DNA of 64,000 nucleotides, from positions 1-64,000 of the IMG/VR virus record IMGVR_UViG_3300031841_005609; one strand, written 5' to 3'. Shown in pieces: positions 29,401-39,700 of this stretch. How positions within the stretch are numbered: the first letter of the stretch is position 1; every line of letters starts with the position of its first letter. Made by a program: the position numbers and the translations under genes. The DNA is from a virus. The notes beneath the pieces are model-generated. The model saw nothing but the letters and a program-made list of their open reading frames with translations. It was not told the origin of the DNA and did not search any database.

Positions 29401-32400
29401 GAGGTTCAACGGATTCTTCTGTCAGTCCGACTAGTGTAAGTTCATCAGGGGCAGTCTATGCTGACCACAGCAACATGACGCAAAACAATGCTACAATCAC
29501 TTACACGGTGACTACTGGGGGAAGCGGCCCAACACTAGTAAAAATACAGACTCTTTCTAAGTCTTTGAAAGGCGATGGAGGAACAGACGGAACTTCACCA
29601 TCAGGGGTCGATCTTGAGCTCGATCCACCTGTAGTCATATATGATTCCAACGGAAATAATCCCGACGTTTCCGAAATTGACTTAATAGCATCTCCTAGAA
29701 ATTTAGGAACCTCTGTAAATGTCCTGAATTTCAACGGAACTTCCGAGTCCCGCATATATCAGCAAGGCCTCAGCTCGTCGAATTTTTCATTCTCAGATGG
29801 GTCTTCTACAGACAATCCTTTTACTGTGTCTTTCTGGTTAAACGTAAATTCTGGTGCTAATAGTAGTGACTTCCAGCGCATTTATAGAAGCTGGTTTCCT
29901 TTTGCAGTGGGTTATGAGAGCAATGATATGCAAATTTGGCTCAGGGATGAGACGAATGACGTATACAACACATTCACATCTTCTACTGTCGGAGGAAAAG
30001 ATTTCCTAGAAGACGAGGAAGGCAACTGGGTCCACGTTATTCTTGCATACACTCCTGAGACTTCAAACGGTGCAAATAACGAGAAAATTGATTTCTATAA
30101 GAACGGAAGCTTGTGGTCAACCCATGTATCGCCCAACGATTCGTACGATCACGCAGGACTGGTGGATAGCACTTCCTATGTGGGCTGGTACCAAGCACCG
30201 TACTCCCCGGATATGAAGCTATCAAGTTTATTGCACTACAATCACGATGGATCAAGTGGTAGAGGAAGTTCTGCGTTCACAGCATCAGATGCTGCTGCAA
30301 TATACAACAGCGGTTTCGTTCACACTGATTACACTTCACTTACAAAGGGTGATGACATAGTAGGGTACTGGAAACTGGATGATGATCCTACCACCGACAG
30401 GGTTGAAGACTATTCAGGAAATAACGAAGATTTTACAAATATCTATTCAGGAGTCACCAGAGATACTTCTTCTGGATTAAAGTCTAGAGGCGGACCGGTC
30501 TATTTCACCTTTAAGGTTGCAGGAACTACGATAGGATCTGCAAATCAGACTCTTCCTTATGCTACGTGGTCATCGATACCTTCTACCTTCAATTCTTTTG
30601 TGAGTTCTCCAAAGACTGCAACTGTGGAGATAAAGATAAACAATGCTTCTGATCCAGCTGATTCAACAGATCAAGCCGCTATAACAGCGATCAATCCTGG
30701 TTCAAATGCTCCAGTTGTTGTTCTAAGCAATCCCATTCATGTTTTTTCAGGAGATGCAGACGGTGCTGTTTCAAGCTACACAAACTCTGGAACTGATATT
30801 CAAGTCTATGTCAACGGAAGCCTTCTAACAGGAGTCGGTTCAAGTGGGACTAATCCCACAACAGACAGTGGGACTTTTAAGGTTATTTCTCGAACTGTTG
30901 ATCCTGCCAATAGAATAGTCTTAAGTGCGCTTGCCGACTATTCAGTACAGTCCGTCGATGGAACCAACGACGCTATTAGAGTTCCTGCTCACGCTCAAGC
31001 CACTGCTTCCGGAGACAGATTTTCAAAAACCGACGACAAACAGTCTGCAAAAGTAACTTATGAAATAAACGTTGAAGGAACGACTATCAAGGCGATTCAA
31101 AGCCTTTCTGTTAACAGTCCAGGAGACCAAGGACCACAAGGACCTACCGGCAACGACGGAGCTGACATTGGAATCACAGTTGAGATCGACACGCCCCTTG
31201 CAGTTGTTTTAACAGATTCTTTTGGGCAACCTATATCTGGAGGTTTTGCCAACACAGACGCTGTCATTTATGTGAGAAAGAATGGCACCGCAATGTTAGC
31301 AGACGAATCAGGAACTCAGTCTGACAACACTTTTCGATTTTATAACAATCCCTATGCAACGATGACATCCGGTGGGTTCACTGAGGGTACCGCTACAGAT
31401 ATTTTAGCAGCTCCTGGAAGTCCTACACCCTACCATTATATACAGGTTTACGATATCGCTGGAATGACAGAAGACGTAGCCTATCGATCTTGGAAACTTA
31501 GAGTTCGAGTCGGAGGACAGTACTACTATCCTGTAGTAACTCAGCAGATCGTGAAAGTGATAACTGAGATCAACACTTTAGATTACGGAACTCCAAGGCC
31601 ATCAACAGTGCTCAGAGATGACTGGTCGACGTACTACTGGCCGATCCCGTCCGTCACACAGCATACCCACACCATCTTGCCCTCCATGGGAACGACTAGT
31701 TATTATGGCGTGTCGTACGAACCAAACGACGGCCGTGCAAATCCAACATCAAACAGATACAGTGTTAACGTTCGGGACGATTATTATTATTGGTCTTCGT
31801 TTCAACCCGATGAGAGTGACCATGACCACGAGCGCGATCAATATGGCGGCCTTCCTCAAATCAGCCAACTTGGGCACCGCTATTATGTCAAGACAAATTT
31901 TGTTAACAGCGTCAGAATGAATACTCTGGAGCCTCTTACAGGACACTCTGATATCTGGGTTAGATACGTGGACACTGCTGGAACCGCTAGATACGGTGTT
32001 TCTAGAAAATACTATCACATGATAGTAAAGGAAAGGCCTTTAAGAACTGTAGATATTCGTGTCTATATTGACTACGATAGATCCACAAGACCTCAGACCT
32101 TGAAGAACCTGCAGACGACAGGTGGCAACATCGACGACAGGTTTGTCGCTGCTGCGCTTTCTCGATCCTCCTCCAGATACGAAGGTGGCGACGGCTATGT
32201 CGAAGACGGAACACTTTATGTTGGACACTCAGACAACGCAATAGACTCAGACCATCGAAGAGCGCAGTTTACTTCAACTACCGACTCTGACGCCATATAT
32301 CAATCTTTTATCTTCAATCCAGGCTACAATATTAGGTTTACTGGAAGAGCTTGGGGTCAGGTTTACAATCGGGATATAGGAACTTCTACCGCGTTGACGA

Positions 32401-32801
32401 TGCAGGGCTCCAATGTATCTTTTGAGTTCTTTAAGCTCACCGCATCCTCCACCAACACTGGCGCGAACCGGCCGATGGATTACATAGGGTCGCTTATTTT
32501 TGGGAATTCCGCCACAGACGGAAACGGAGCGTCTAGTGACCCGAGAACTGTAAAGGCCATCAGCGCTGACAATTTCCTTCCTATTATCGGGGTAAGAAGA
32601 CTCAACAACTCCGACGAGGTAGTCACTTCTCGGACATACCTCGATACTGATATAATGAAGGTATCCTCAAGCCAAGCTGTTGCTGCAATTTTAAACATCG
32701 GAAGAAGTGACAACACCAGAGTAGTTCCTGACCAGGGCTCAACAGTATTCGAATTTACCCTTGAGTATATGATTTTGGATGATGACCCCTATATTGCATA
32801 A
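26487..32801 (+). CDS. Modular tail fibre/adhesin (2104 aa) with collagen-like linkers, repeated beta modules and a LamG insert
   Basis: G-x-D triplet runs; repeated AYTVVLENEAHTIPA...SGT..VYKG modules; LamG motifs FTVSFWL, WVHVILAY and VGYWKLDD. Confidence 0.8.
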   Translation: MSKQYIDKKKAKKAKKIVVRNRSGEVTNTVIPGGLSVGVKGENDGLTVYGESTFEGTINAERILIDGLPVESSATAGANFFFTTNILTVEATPDYAYPANGADWATDFSGAPSAKMDGSLSSGTRLTTPGNDYSNTSLGGDSNIDTNEYLVDGSNATAETDKGTSLTVSLEGHDDLSPNDFRINMKRGSKTVAALRITKDVGGNQILTLVDLTQHEDESNSDTFASISVAIPYKLNLGSGIVDLTRVLVIQKLIGGSDGSDGADGSDGAPGADGSDGSAGTDARAVHLTVSSGKNVIIYDQDGANPSPSSITISATDQNVPDGTDAKFRFLLNDSEVQSSSTTSTYTFSAPSSIEDSSLPLKFEVELREGDGSTVKATDQITIPGVRDGSDAYTVVLENEAHTIPADSSGTVIDPDGSGDLTGYENSGTKIVVYKGSTQLTGLTAGSTPSTGQYVVASSVQQGTITVGSYTVNSDGDVVIPDHSSFTSETAIISYTINAEGSANITKLQSLTKSRRGVDGVDGANGSDGSDGAAGRTVKLTTTHQAIVYDAAEGNPVPDGESSGQLVTITATAINSSGTPYYRFFKDDSVVQGGSYGGTDNTYSYVPESSYANMPDKIEVELREGNTADDPILARDQITIFGLKPGNDGYSVLLGNEAHTIPANADGTFESGAFAGSGTTLNVFKGTTQLKHTTTSNAGSGFYRYAVSATNISADGSPDTSSSIYEVVYGDAASAGDDSVDNDTASIEFTIYAEEGSADGATITKTQTFSKSKRGNNGTNGANGTDGKTVKLSVSSGKQGIAYSAAGGSPDPSSCTILATRFGPSVGAGDSVFYRFKIDGVVQGSGFTSGVGANELDYTPPSSYDDMPDAILVEMGEGTNASDAASNVVAQDELTMFGLKPGENGEDAYTMILTNESHSLPAVSTSPTDAVYTGSGTTVRVYKGTTELTAVTSSPGATEYTVVAEGTNIDPRGSTDSSVSPTSVSSSGAVYADHSNMTQNNATITYTVTTGGSGPTLVKIQTLSKSLKGDGGTDGTSPSGVDLELDPPVVIYDSNGNNPDVSEIDLIASPRNLGTSVNVLNFNGTSESRIYQQGLSSSNFSFSDGSSTDNPFTVSFWLNVNSGANSSDFQRIYRSWFPFAVGYESNDMQIWLRDETNDVYNTFTSSTVGGKDFLEDEEGNWVHVILAYTPETSNGANNEKIDFYKNGSLWSTHVSPNDSYDHAGLVDSTSYVGWYQAPYSPDMKLSSLLHYNHDGSSGRGSSAFTASDAAAIYNSGFVHTDYTSLTKGDDIVGYWKLDDDPTTDRVEDYSGNNEDFTNIYSGVTRDTSSGLKSRGGPVYFTFKVAGTTIGSANQTLPYATWSSIPSTFNSFVSSPKTATVEIKINNASDPADSTDQAAITAINPGSNAPVVVLSNPIHVFSGDADGAVSSYTNSGTDIQVYVNGSLLTGVGSSGTNPTTDSGTFKVISRTVDPANRIVLSALADYSVQSVDGTNDAIRVPAHAQATASGDRFSKTDDKQSAKVTYEINVEGTTIKAIQSLSVNSPGDQGPQGPTGNDGADIGITVEIDTPLAVVLTDSFGQPISGGFANTDAVIYVRKNGTAMLADESGTQSDNTFRFYNNPYATMTSGGFTEGTATDILAAPGSPTPYHYIQVYDIAGMTEDVAYRSWKLRVRVGGQYYYPVVTQQIVKVITEINTLDYGTPRPSTVLRDDWSTYYWPIPSVTQHTHTILPSMGTTSYYGVSYEPNDGRANPTSNRYSVNVRDDYYYWSSFQPDESDHDHERDQYGGLPQISQLGHRYYVKTNFVNSVRMNTLEPLTGHSDIWVRYVDTAGTARYGVSRKYYHMIVKERPLRTVDIRVYIDYDRSTRPQTLKNLQTTGGNIDDRFVAAALSRSSSRYEGGDGYVEDGTLYVGHSDNAIDSDHRRAQFTSTTDSDAIYQSFIFNPGYNIRFTGRAWGQVYNRDIGTSTALTMQGSNVSFEFFKLTASSTNTGANRPMDYIGSLIFGNSATDGNGASSDPRTVKAISADNFLPIIGVRRLNNSDEVVTSRTYLDTDIMKVSSSQAVAAILNIGRSDNTRVVPDQGSTVFEFTLEYMILDDDPYIA
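27252..27332 (+). repeat. Collagen-like (Gly-X-Y)9 coding repeat
   Basis: Encodes GSD GSD GAD GSD GAP GAD GSD GSA GTD; shorter runs occur near 28036, 28808, 29572 and 31122. Confidence 0.85.
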
Positions 32802-32846
32802 AGTTACACTAATCAATATGTTATCTTATAGAAGATTGAACGAGAG

Positions 32847-32853
32847 ATAATTA
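32847..32853 (+). promoter_or_regulatory. Putative late promoter motif ATAATTA
   Basis: Intergenic; ATG 32860 follows 7 nt later with no SD in between. Confidence 0.45.
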
Positions 32854-32859
32854 AAGAAC

Positions 32860-33894
32860 ATGGCAGGAATACTAGACAGCAAAGAAAGAGTTATAGACTT
32901 CATCATCACTCCGAACGGAAGGTCTCAAATATCTTCTGGTCGGCTTAAGATCGAGTTTGCATCTCTTTCAGACACCCAAACTTTTTATAGGTCTGCGTCT
33001 CTCGATCGAGTCGCTGATGATGCTTCTGATCGAGTCTATTTTGAGACAAACTCTTCTCCTTCTGACACGATCTCACCTGAGCTCGAAGCCGGCACTTTTC
33101 TCAAAGGTTTTAGAGCAGGTGAATTTGAAGTACAGGGTCAGAAATTTGCTCTAAACTCCCTGAATGAAAACTCCGGGCAGGAGACTTCCACAATCCTGAG
33201 CGGATCTAAGATAATAGATAACTCAGTAAAACTAACTGAAAACATCATTAACAATTTCACTAGTCTAAGAATTCTAGGTACTGAAGATCTCTTTTCTGAC
33301 ACCTCTGAATTTGATATTGGATATGCTACAGGAAGTTTTGTTATCACCCAGAGAGATCTTGAGATCAATCAAGGAAAAGGCATCTATCTTAAGGACATGT
33401 CTCCTCGTGATTACAATACAGAGAGCCCAGCCAACGCTGAGCCCGACGGAGCTGTAACTCTAGAAAACTCTCCAAGTATATTCTCAGACCCTCGGTTTGA
33501 TCATCTGCCAAACTATAGATACTTACCTCCTGTAAACCTACCAGATCCAGGAAAAGACCCAGAGGTGATGGGTCTCTATCCTAGGCTTGACAACAACAAA
33601 GATCCTGGAAACTCTAATTCTATATTTCAAAACCTTGAAACAAGACAGAAAATAGAATTAGAGTTTAATGAAATATCTAGGTCTAGAAATCTAATGTGTC
33701 AAGTCTTTGAGTTCACTAAGTCTCATATGGGAGGTGTAGAAAAACTTTCTGCTGTTGACAATGGAATATACGAAGACCCCGACACCGGTGAGCTTTCTCA
33801 CATATTTTACATTGGGAAGCTCAAAAGAGATCAGAACGGTTCTGATACTTTTCTTAACATTTTTACCCTAAGGTTTTCGGGCCTTGGTGACTGA
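32860..33894 (+). CDS. Virion structural protein (N-terminus paralogous to 43436..44137)
   Basis: MAGILDSKERVIDFIITPNGRSQISSGRLKIEFASLSD aligns by eye with MGFLDHSTNNIIIDAVLTDKGRQRLAENNGQFSIQFFSLAD. Confidence 0.6.
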   Translation: MAGILDSKERVIDFIITPNGRSQISSGRLKIEFASLSDTQTFYRSASLDRVADDASDRVYFETNSSPSDTISPELEAGTFLKGFRAGEFEVQGQKFALNSLNENSGQETSTILSGSKIIDNSVKLTENIINNFTSLRILGTEDLFSDTSEFDIGYATGSFVITQRDLEINQGKGIYLKDMSPRDYNTESPANAEPDGAVTLENSPSIFSDPRFDHLPNYRYLPPVNLPDPGKDPEVMGLYPRLDNNKDPGNSNSIFQNLETRQKIELEFNEISRSRNLMCQVFEFTKSHMGGVEKLSAVDNGIYEDPDTGELSHIFYIGKLKRDQNGSDTFLNIFTLRFSGLGD

Positions 33895-33904
33895 TTTGGT
33901 CTAA

Positions 33905-36715
33905 ATGGCGCAAGCAAATTTACAATATTCAATTCAAGCAGTTTTGGCCGAAGACGAAGACGGATCATTGGTTCAGCCCGATCTTTCTTTCGAAGATATT
34001 GGAATAGATAGAAACGTCTTAGGAACTGCAGGGATGCACGAAGATGAAAACGTCTGTGTAAGGTTGCGACTCGATCTGGAGGTTGACGTTGAAAAAATCG
34101 TGAGTACTCGGACTATAGGCTACCGAGTAGACTTTATTTCAAATCTTCCTGACAAGCAGGGCTCTTCTTTTTCCAATTACTTTATTGATGACTTTCATGA
34201 AAAAGTAACCATCGGAGAGAGAGACTTTGAGGCATTTCAGGAGCTAGTTCTAGAACCTAGAATAGAGATCATAACTGCACTAGATGACATTGGAGATCCC
34301 TCAGACAGTAACAACGGAATAGTAGATGATTCTGAGCTTAACGCTTTTTATGAAAATAATATGTTGTTAAACACAAGAGATTTGATATCTTCTCAGATAC
34401 AGTCGAGCTTAAACGTAGGTGTTGCTCCTACTTCCATGGACAAAATCTTTGCAGATCTAAGGCCTACCTACAGAATTCAAAAGAACGACAAATCAGGGAC
34501 TAACAGTTCGAACAGTCCAAAAATGCATACTGACGGAGCGATCAATAATCCGATCACTTTATCTGAGATTAGAGCTACTGAACCTGTTCCTGAGAGTGTA
34601 CAGGTTTTTAATTCTCAAGCAGCAGCATCGATATACGCTGCTGAGACTCAAAAGAGAAAGCAAGTAAGCTTAGGAAGAGTTGTCAAGTATACTAGTTCCA
34701 ATTTTACTTCTTCTAGATTTTTTGATATTGGGTTAGAAAACATTTCTTTCATGTCGAACTTCACTGTCAATATATTTCCAATCATAGATATCGAAACTGA
34801 AAGCGGTTCTCCTCCCGCGGCTGCGCCCTATACAATTTCAGCTAACATATCTGATGATGCTGTCAGTGAAATATTCAATTTTGATGGAACCAAGTCTCAG
34901 ATAAAAGTGACTAGAAATACTCCCGGAAAAGTATCTGTCGAGATCACAAGGTCTGATCATTTTTCTGGTTATTTTTCTGTTTCTCTGGAATCTACAAACC
35001 CCTATACTGGCATAACGGTTGATGATGAAAAGGAGGTCGCCTTTGCCATAGGAGAGTATTCAAAGGTTGTAGATTTTGAAAATGTTTTGAATATTGATCC
35101 TTTTTTTACGACAATATCTCTCCTTCCGAAGAAAATGCCCGACGGACCTTACGTAGACGGTCCTCCTTCCGTCACTATACCAGGCCTTCCGGTAAATCGT
35201 CAACAAGGCTTTAACAAGTCCGGGATCGTTGAGAATGTCAAGATAGGAACTTCAAACACGCCGTCCGGAATCAATGTAGAGCTTTTTGACCTACCCACTA
35301 ACTGCTCCGGAGTTCGAATTTACAGATCTCTTTCTACGCTTTTAAATGAAAGAGATCTTGTCTTCGAAGGGTCTATCGATCGAGAATTTTCACTGATAGA
35401 TGAGAATGTCAGTGAAGGAAGAACTTATGTCTATCAAGCTGAATTAATTCTTAGAACTCCTACAGTTGATCTTGGTTCTTCTATTGATTACAGATGGGGC
35501 ACTCCTTCGAACGAAGTCCTCCAGGAGTCTGCTAAATCTAGAATAGTTTATTATCACAAAGCAGAAAACGAGTCGATAATAACGAGGAAGTACCCACGAA
35601 GCGCGCAGTTCTCTGTAGAAATGTCAAATCCTGACCTAAATAGTGTGTCTAACAGGGTGGAAATTTTAGTCCAAGTCAAAGAAGACGAAAGTGCTTTTAG
35701 TAACAAGGCAGTTCAGGCCTTGGCAGCAGGATATCAGAAAATAAGAGATTTGACAAACGATCCTGTTTTTAGTCAAAGCAATCTGCACAGTCAGCCTGTT
35801 CCTTTTGTTAAAGTTACACGACTCGATCTGAACAAAGGCGGAGAGCCGATAGTCATAGGCTATGGAATGTTTGCAGAGAAGTCTAGAATAATTGACAATT
35901 CTGTGTCTTCTATAAAGGAGAAAACGCGTCTAAGGTATTTTGCAGAGCTCTCCCTGGTTTCACTTGGTTCTCTTAGAGATGCTGCCCTAGAACTAAATTC
36001 TATTAACTCTCCAGGAGACAGAAAAATATCCATAAAACAAAAGAAATATGACGTATTTAGTCCTGACGGTACCATCGAGACAGTAGCATTTAACAGAACA
36101 GAAAACAATCTCATAGACCTGATCAACAGGAACATGACAGGAAATGAGACTAACACTAATTTAAATTATGCCCCGCCAGCGCCTGTAAATGCAGGCTCTG
36201 GGAATGCTTTTTTCTCCCCGCGTTTTTCTGCCAAGCTAAAATATATTTCGAAAAAATGGGGAGCAGACATTCAAGTAGACATAACAGGCCCAAAGTCAGT
36301 TTCTGAGTTCATGCTTTACAGGAAATCATCATCAGGTAGAAAAGTTCTAATAGCTGTCCAAAAGGTTTCGAAAAATTCCGGAAAATACGTAATCAAGGAT
36401 GAGTTTTTAAAGCTTTTTATAAATCAAAAACCGTCTCAATATTTCCTAGATGTTGTCTTGCTCGACGGAACGCTTCTTAAAAATGTTGCAGCTACTCCGT
36501 CAGAATACGTCAGAAAAAAAGGAAGTAAGAAGATTTCAAGGAAAAGAACAAAGATAAGAATACTATCGTCGGGTAAGAACACCACAGCCAAAATAAGAAA
36601 AATAAAAAAGAAAGTCAAGAGCGTCAAGAAGGGCGTCCCTATAGGAAAACCTAGGAAGAAAATAAGCAAGAACAAATCAAGCTTCCGTAAAATTAGAAAA
36701 GTTATATTGAGGTAA
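33905..36715 (+). CDS. Hypothetical beta-rich (Fn3/Ig-like) virion protein with a highly basic C-terminal tail
   Basis: GVRIYRS...IDENVSEGRTYVYQ is an Fn3-like pattern; the last 67 aa are K/R-rich. Confidence 0.55.
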   Translation: MAQANLQYSIQAVLAEDEDGSLVQPDLSFEDIGIDRNVLGTAGMHEDENVCVRLRLDLEVDVEKIVSTRTIGYRVDFISNLPDKQGSSFSNYFIDDFHEKVTIGERDFEAFQELVLEPRIEIITALDDIGDPSDSNNGIVDDSELNAFYENNMLLNTRDLISSQIQSSLNVGVAPTSMDKIFADLRPTYRIQKNDKSGTNSSNSPKMHTDGAINNPITLSEIRATEPVPESVQVFNSQAAASIYAAETQKRKQVSLGRVVKYTSSNFTSSRFFDIGLENISFMSNFTVNIFPIIDIETESGSPPAAAPYTISANISDDAVSEIFNFDGTKSQIKVTRNTPGKVSVEITRSDHFSGYFSVSLESTNPYTGITVDDEKEVAFAIGEYSKVVDFENVLNIDPFFTTISLLPKKMPDGPYVDGPPSVTIPGLPVNRQQGFNKSGIVENVKIGTSNTPSGINVELFDLPTNCSGVRIYRSLSTLLNERDLVFEGSIDREFSLIDENVSEGRTYVYQAELILRTPTVDLGSSIDYRWGTPSNEVLQESAKSRIVYYHKAENESIITRKYPRSAQFSVEMSNPDLNSVSNRVEILVQVKEDESAFSNKAVQALAAGYQKIRDLTNDPVFSQSNLHSQPVPFVKVTRLDLNKGGEPIVIGYGMFAEKSRIIDNSVSSIKEKTRLRYFAELSLVSLGSLRDAALELNSINSPGDRKISIKQKKYDVFSPDGTIETVAFNRTENNLIDLINRNMTGNETNTNLNYAPPAPVNAGSGNAFFSPRFSAKLKYISKKWGADIQVDITGPKSVSEFMLYRKSSSGRKVLIAVQKVSKNSGKYVIKDEFLKLFINQKPSQYFLDVVLLDGTLLKNVAATPSEYVRKKGSKKISRKRTKIRILSSGKNTTAKIRKIKKKVKSVKKGVPIGKPRKKISKNKSSFRKIRKVILR

Positions 36716-36722
36716 TCAAGAC

Positions 36723-39700
36723 ATGAGCCTAAACAACAAAGATACAAAAGACACGGGCCAAAAAATACTAAGATCTACGCTTTCTCAGGTCTATAAAGCT
36801 GCACTTGACAAAAACTTCATAGTGGAGGGAAAAGCTCTTGATGACACAGATATAGAAGAGCCAAGCATTATCATAAGAGATCTTTCAGACCAGGCTCAAA
36901 AAGGTTTTGATAATAACCATTTGCCGGGAGATATGGTCGATATCAGTTCAACTATTCTCGCAGGAGACAGAATTCTTTCTCATGTTTTTTCCCTAGACTT
37001 AGATTTAAACACTCTTTCTTTTCTGAGAGAGACAATGAAAAGCCTCCGAATTGAAAAAGAAATAGAGAATCAGCTTGGTCTCGAGATCCTTAGAAAGTTC
37101 TATCAGTCAGATCCTGCTTTTTTAACAGGGTTGATAGCACAATTTCAAAACAATTTTGAAGAAAACTTTTCTAAGGTAAAGTTTCTAGGCATCGAGACTT
37201 CTTTTTTCACTAGAATGAATTTATCGACAAACAAATCTTCCGTTTATTACGGCTCTAGAGTTCCTGGAACCGTAAGTTATGATTTCCTGGAGGCAGGAAT
37301 AGATGATATTCATAGATCTGTCTATTCTTCTAATTTTGGTCCATACACCTTGCTTTTTGCCTCGAATCTCAACAGTAAGGACAAATTTAATTTCAAAGAC
37401 CAATACAAAGAAGAATTACAGCACATTTTAAACGACATGTCTGGAAAAAGTCCTTCTCAAAGATTCTTTCCTGCCGGAGACTCTCCAGTCTCTTTTCCAC
37501 CGCCTCACTCTAAGTCTACTTTGACCTCGATCATGTATCAGCATCTCCACGATGCTTCTTTTTCCTTGAATCACGGCGTTTCTCCCTATTCGTGGAATAG
37601 TCTCGGTTATGAAATCCAGGAGATAAGCTCAGGAGACAGCCACAATAATCACGAAAACCTCGAGGGAGATCTTCCTCCCTTGCTTAGAGATTTAGGATAT
37701 AACAAAGACTTAGTTGAGATGAGAAACTCTTCCTACCCTAGCAGGGAAGAACTTCAAGTACTCTCCGTCGCAACCGCTACCAATCAAGAGCCTCCCAACT
37801 CAATAGAAAGCGTTTTTGAAAAAACAGGAATTGATGCCACCAAAGAAGACTTTGTGATCGATATCAACAACAACGTATCAGTTCCACATATAGGGTCAAA
37901 CAGCGGCCCAAGTCTAGACATATCATCACCGTCAGCTCCTGGTTCAAGGGTTATGGAATGGCTCAATGAAGGAGAACCCTTCGGGGGAGAGAATTCTATA
38001 GCTAGACTGGGAAGAATATCTTCGGTGATAGCTTCAGAAATTCAAATGTCTGCTGGGATAAGCTCTCTCCCAGAGCACATGTATGATCCAAAAGAAGGAA
38101 ACACAGAGCCGCTAGGGGACAAGATTTTTGGAGAGTTTAAAGAGAGAATGAATCTCTTGAACGAGGTCTCCACGAAAGCACCTGGGATCTTGTTTCCAAT
38201 TGTCCCTGAAAAGGGTCATGTTTACTTTTACGAAAGAGCTATAAGATTTAAAGATTTTCAAGGATCTCAAAACGGAAAAGATCTAACCACAGAATACATC
38301 ACGCCGTATGTCGCAGCAACAAGAAGATTCGATAGGAGTGATATCGTAAGCGATTTAGACGAAGTCGTCCAGAGTCAGGATGAACGAGCAAAAAGACTTT
38401 GGGACAACATCTCTGGACTCAATCAGTACAGTTCAAATGAAGATCTCCTGTCAGACGAACAGCTAGACCATGCAAGTTCTGCTTATCTTCATGTTTCTTC
38501 CCGAAACTCTTTGGTAGGGTCTCGATCTCCTGAGCATGTCAGCAGTATAGTTCTAGAGATTTTTCAGAGTCTTCATAGTTTTATTTACAATAGAAGGCAA
38601 CTATCTGTTGGAGAAAATTTTAAAAAGTCAAATCTTCCAAAAAGAATTCTTTCCCAGATGCATGGATTGATGCTCACGTCGAAAGGTTCCAATAACCAAC
38701 TTACGTTTTCTAATAAGAAAAAGCTGAGAAACTGTATAATAGCTGCCGTAGTAAATAGAGACATGGTTCGAGCTATGGACAACATTCCCGTAGGCATGGA
38801 GATCGACACCTACATGAACGAAGTTCTAGGAGAGTATTCAACGAAAAGGAGGATAGGCTACACTAAGGCGATGATTCGACGACACACAACGCAGATCAAT
38901 CTTCTCTCCTCTACGCCGGATGTTCATCTAGACGCGAAGATTGCAAGGTCTGACAACTTAAGATATAACGTAGCTCGATATGTAGCCTGGTCCCTAAATC
39001 AGGGAATACACACTTTTACTAATTTCCACAAGATAAACAAAGTCACGTTCGCTTATGGAGGCGATCCTGCTCTGCCACACTTACGCAGAAACCAGCCAGA
39101 GTCAGCTAAGACTTATAACAGAGTCGGAGACTTTGTCGCTTACATCGCCGGCGACATCTTGGATAACTCAACTACACTAAATGCCGAAGCCGACACATTC
39201 GCTCAAGTAGATCCGACCGCTATAACCACCAAGTACGATCTCTACGACATGATCATAAGAGCAGTTGACAGAATTGACGAATCTATCGGGCGGACAATTG
39301 ATTCGAGCAAGTCTCAAAACTTAGTCGACAGCGAAGTTTCCGAACAATCGGACCTTTTTGCACCCAACTATTTTCATTCAGATGCAGGAATAACAAGAGC
39401 TTCCGGTTTTGATAGAAGTTTACTCATAGCTCTGGTAGTAGATGCAGTCGCAGAATTGTTAGGAGCTTCATTTAAATCCAATCTCTTTGTTAAGTTTGAA
39501 AATTCTGCATGGCAGTTTCGAGGCTTTTACGATGAAGGAAATATAAACCCAAACAATGGAAAATATGCTTACGAAAAGCCTTGCGCGATAGAGATATTTC
39601 CTAAAGGTTTGGATCTACATCCCTTTAGGAATCGAAAGGCAAAGATCGGAGAAGTTCAAGATAAGATCAAGTGGCCGTATGACCCAGCAGTAGCTTCGGA

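Noticed and set aside
26487-32801. Diversity-generating retroelement targeting the fibre tip
   Set aside because: No reverse transcriptase and no near-identical TR/VR nucleotide repeat pair were seen in the window; the fibre repeats are diverged protein-level duplications.
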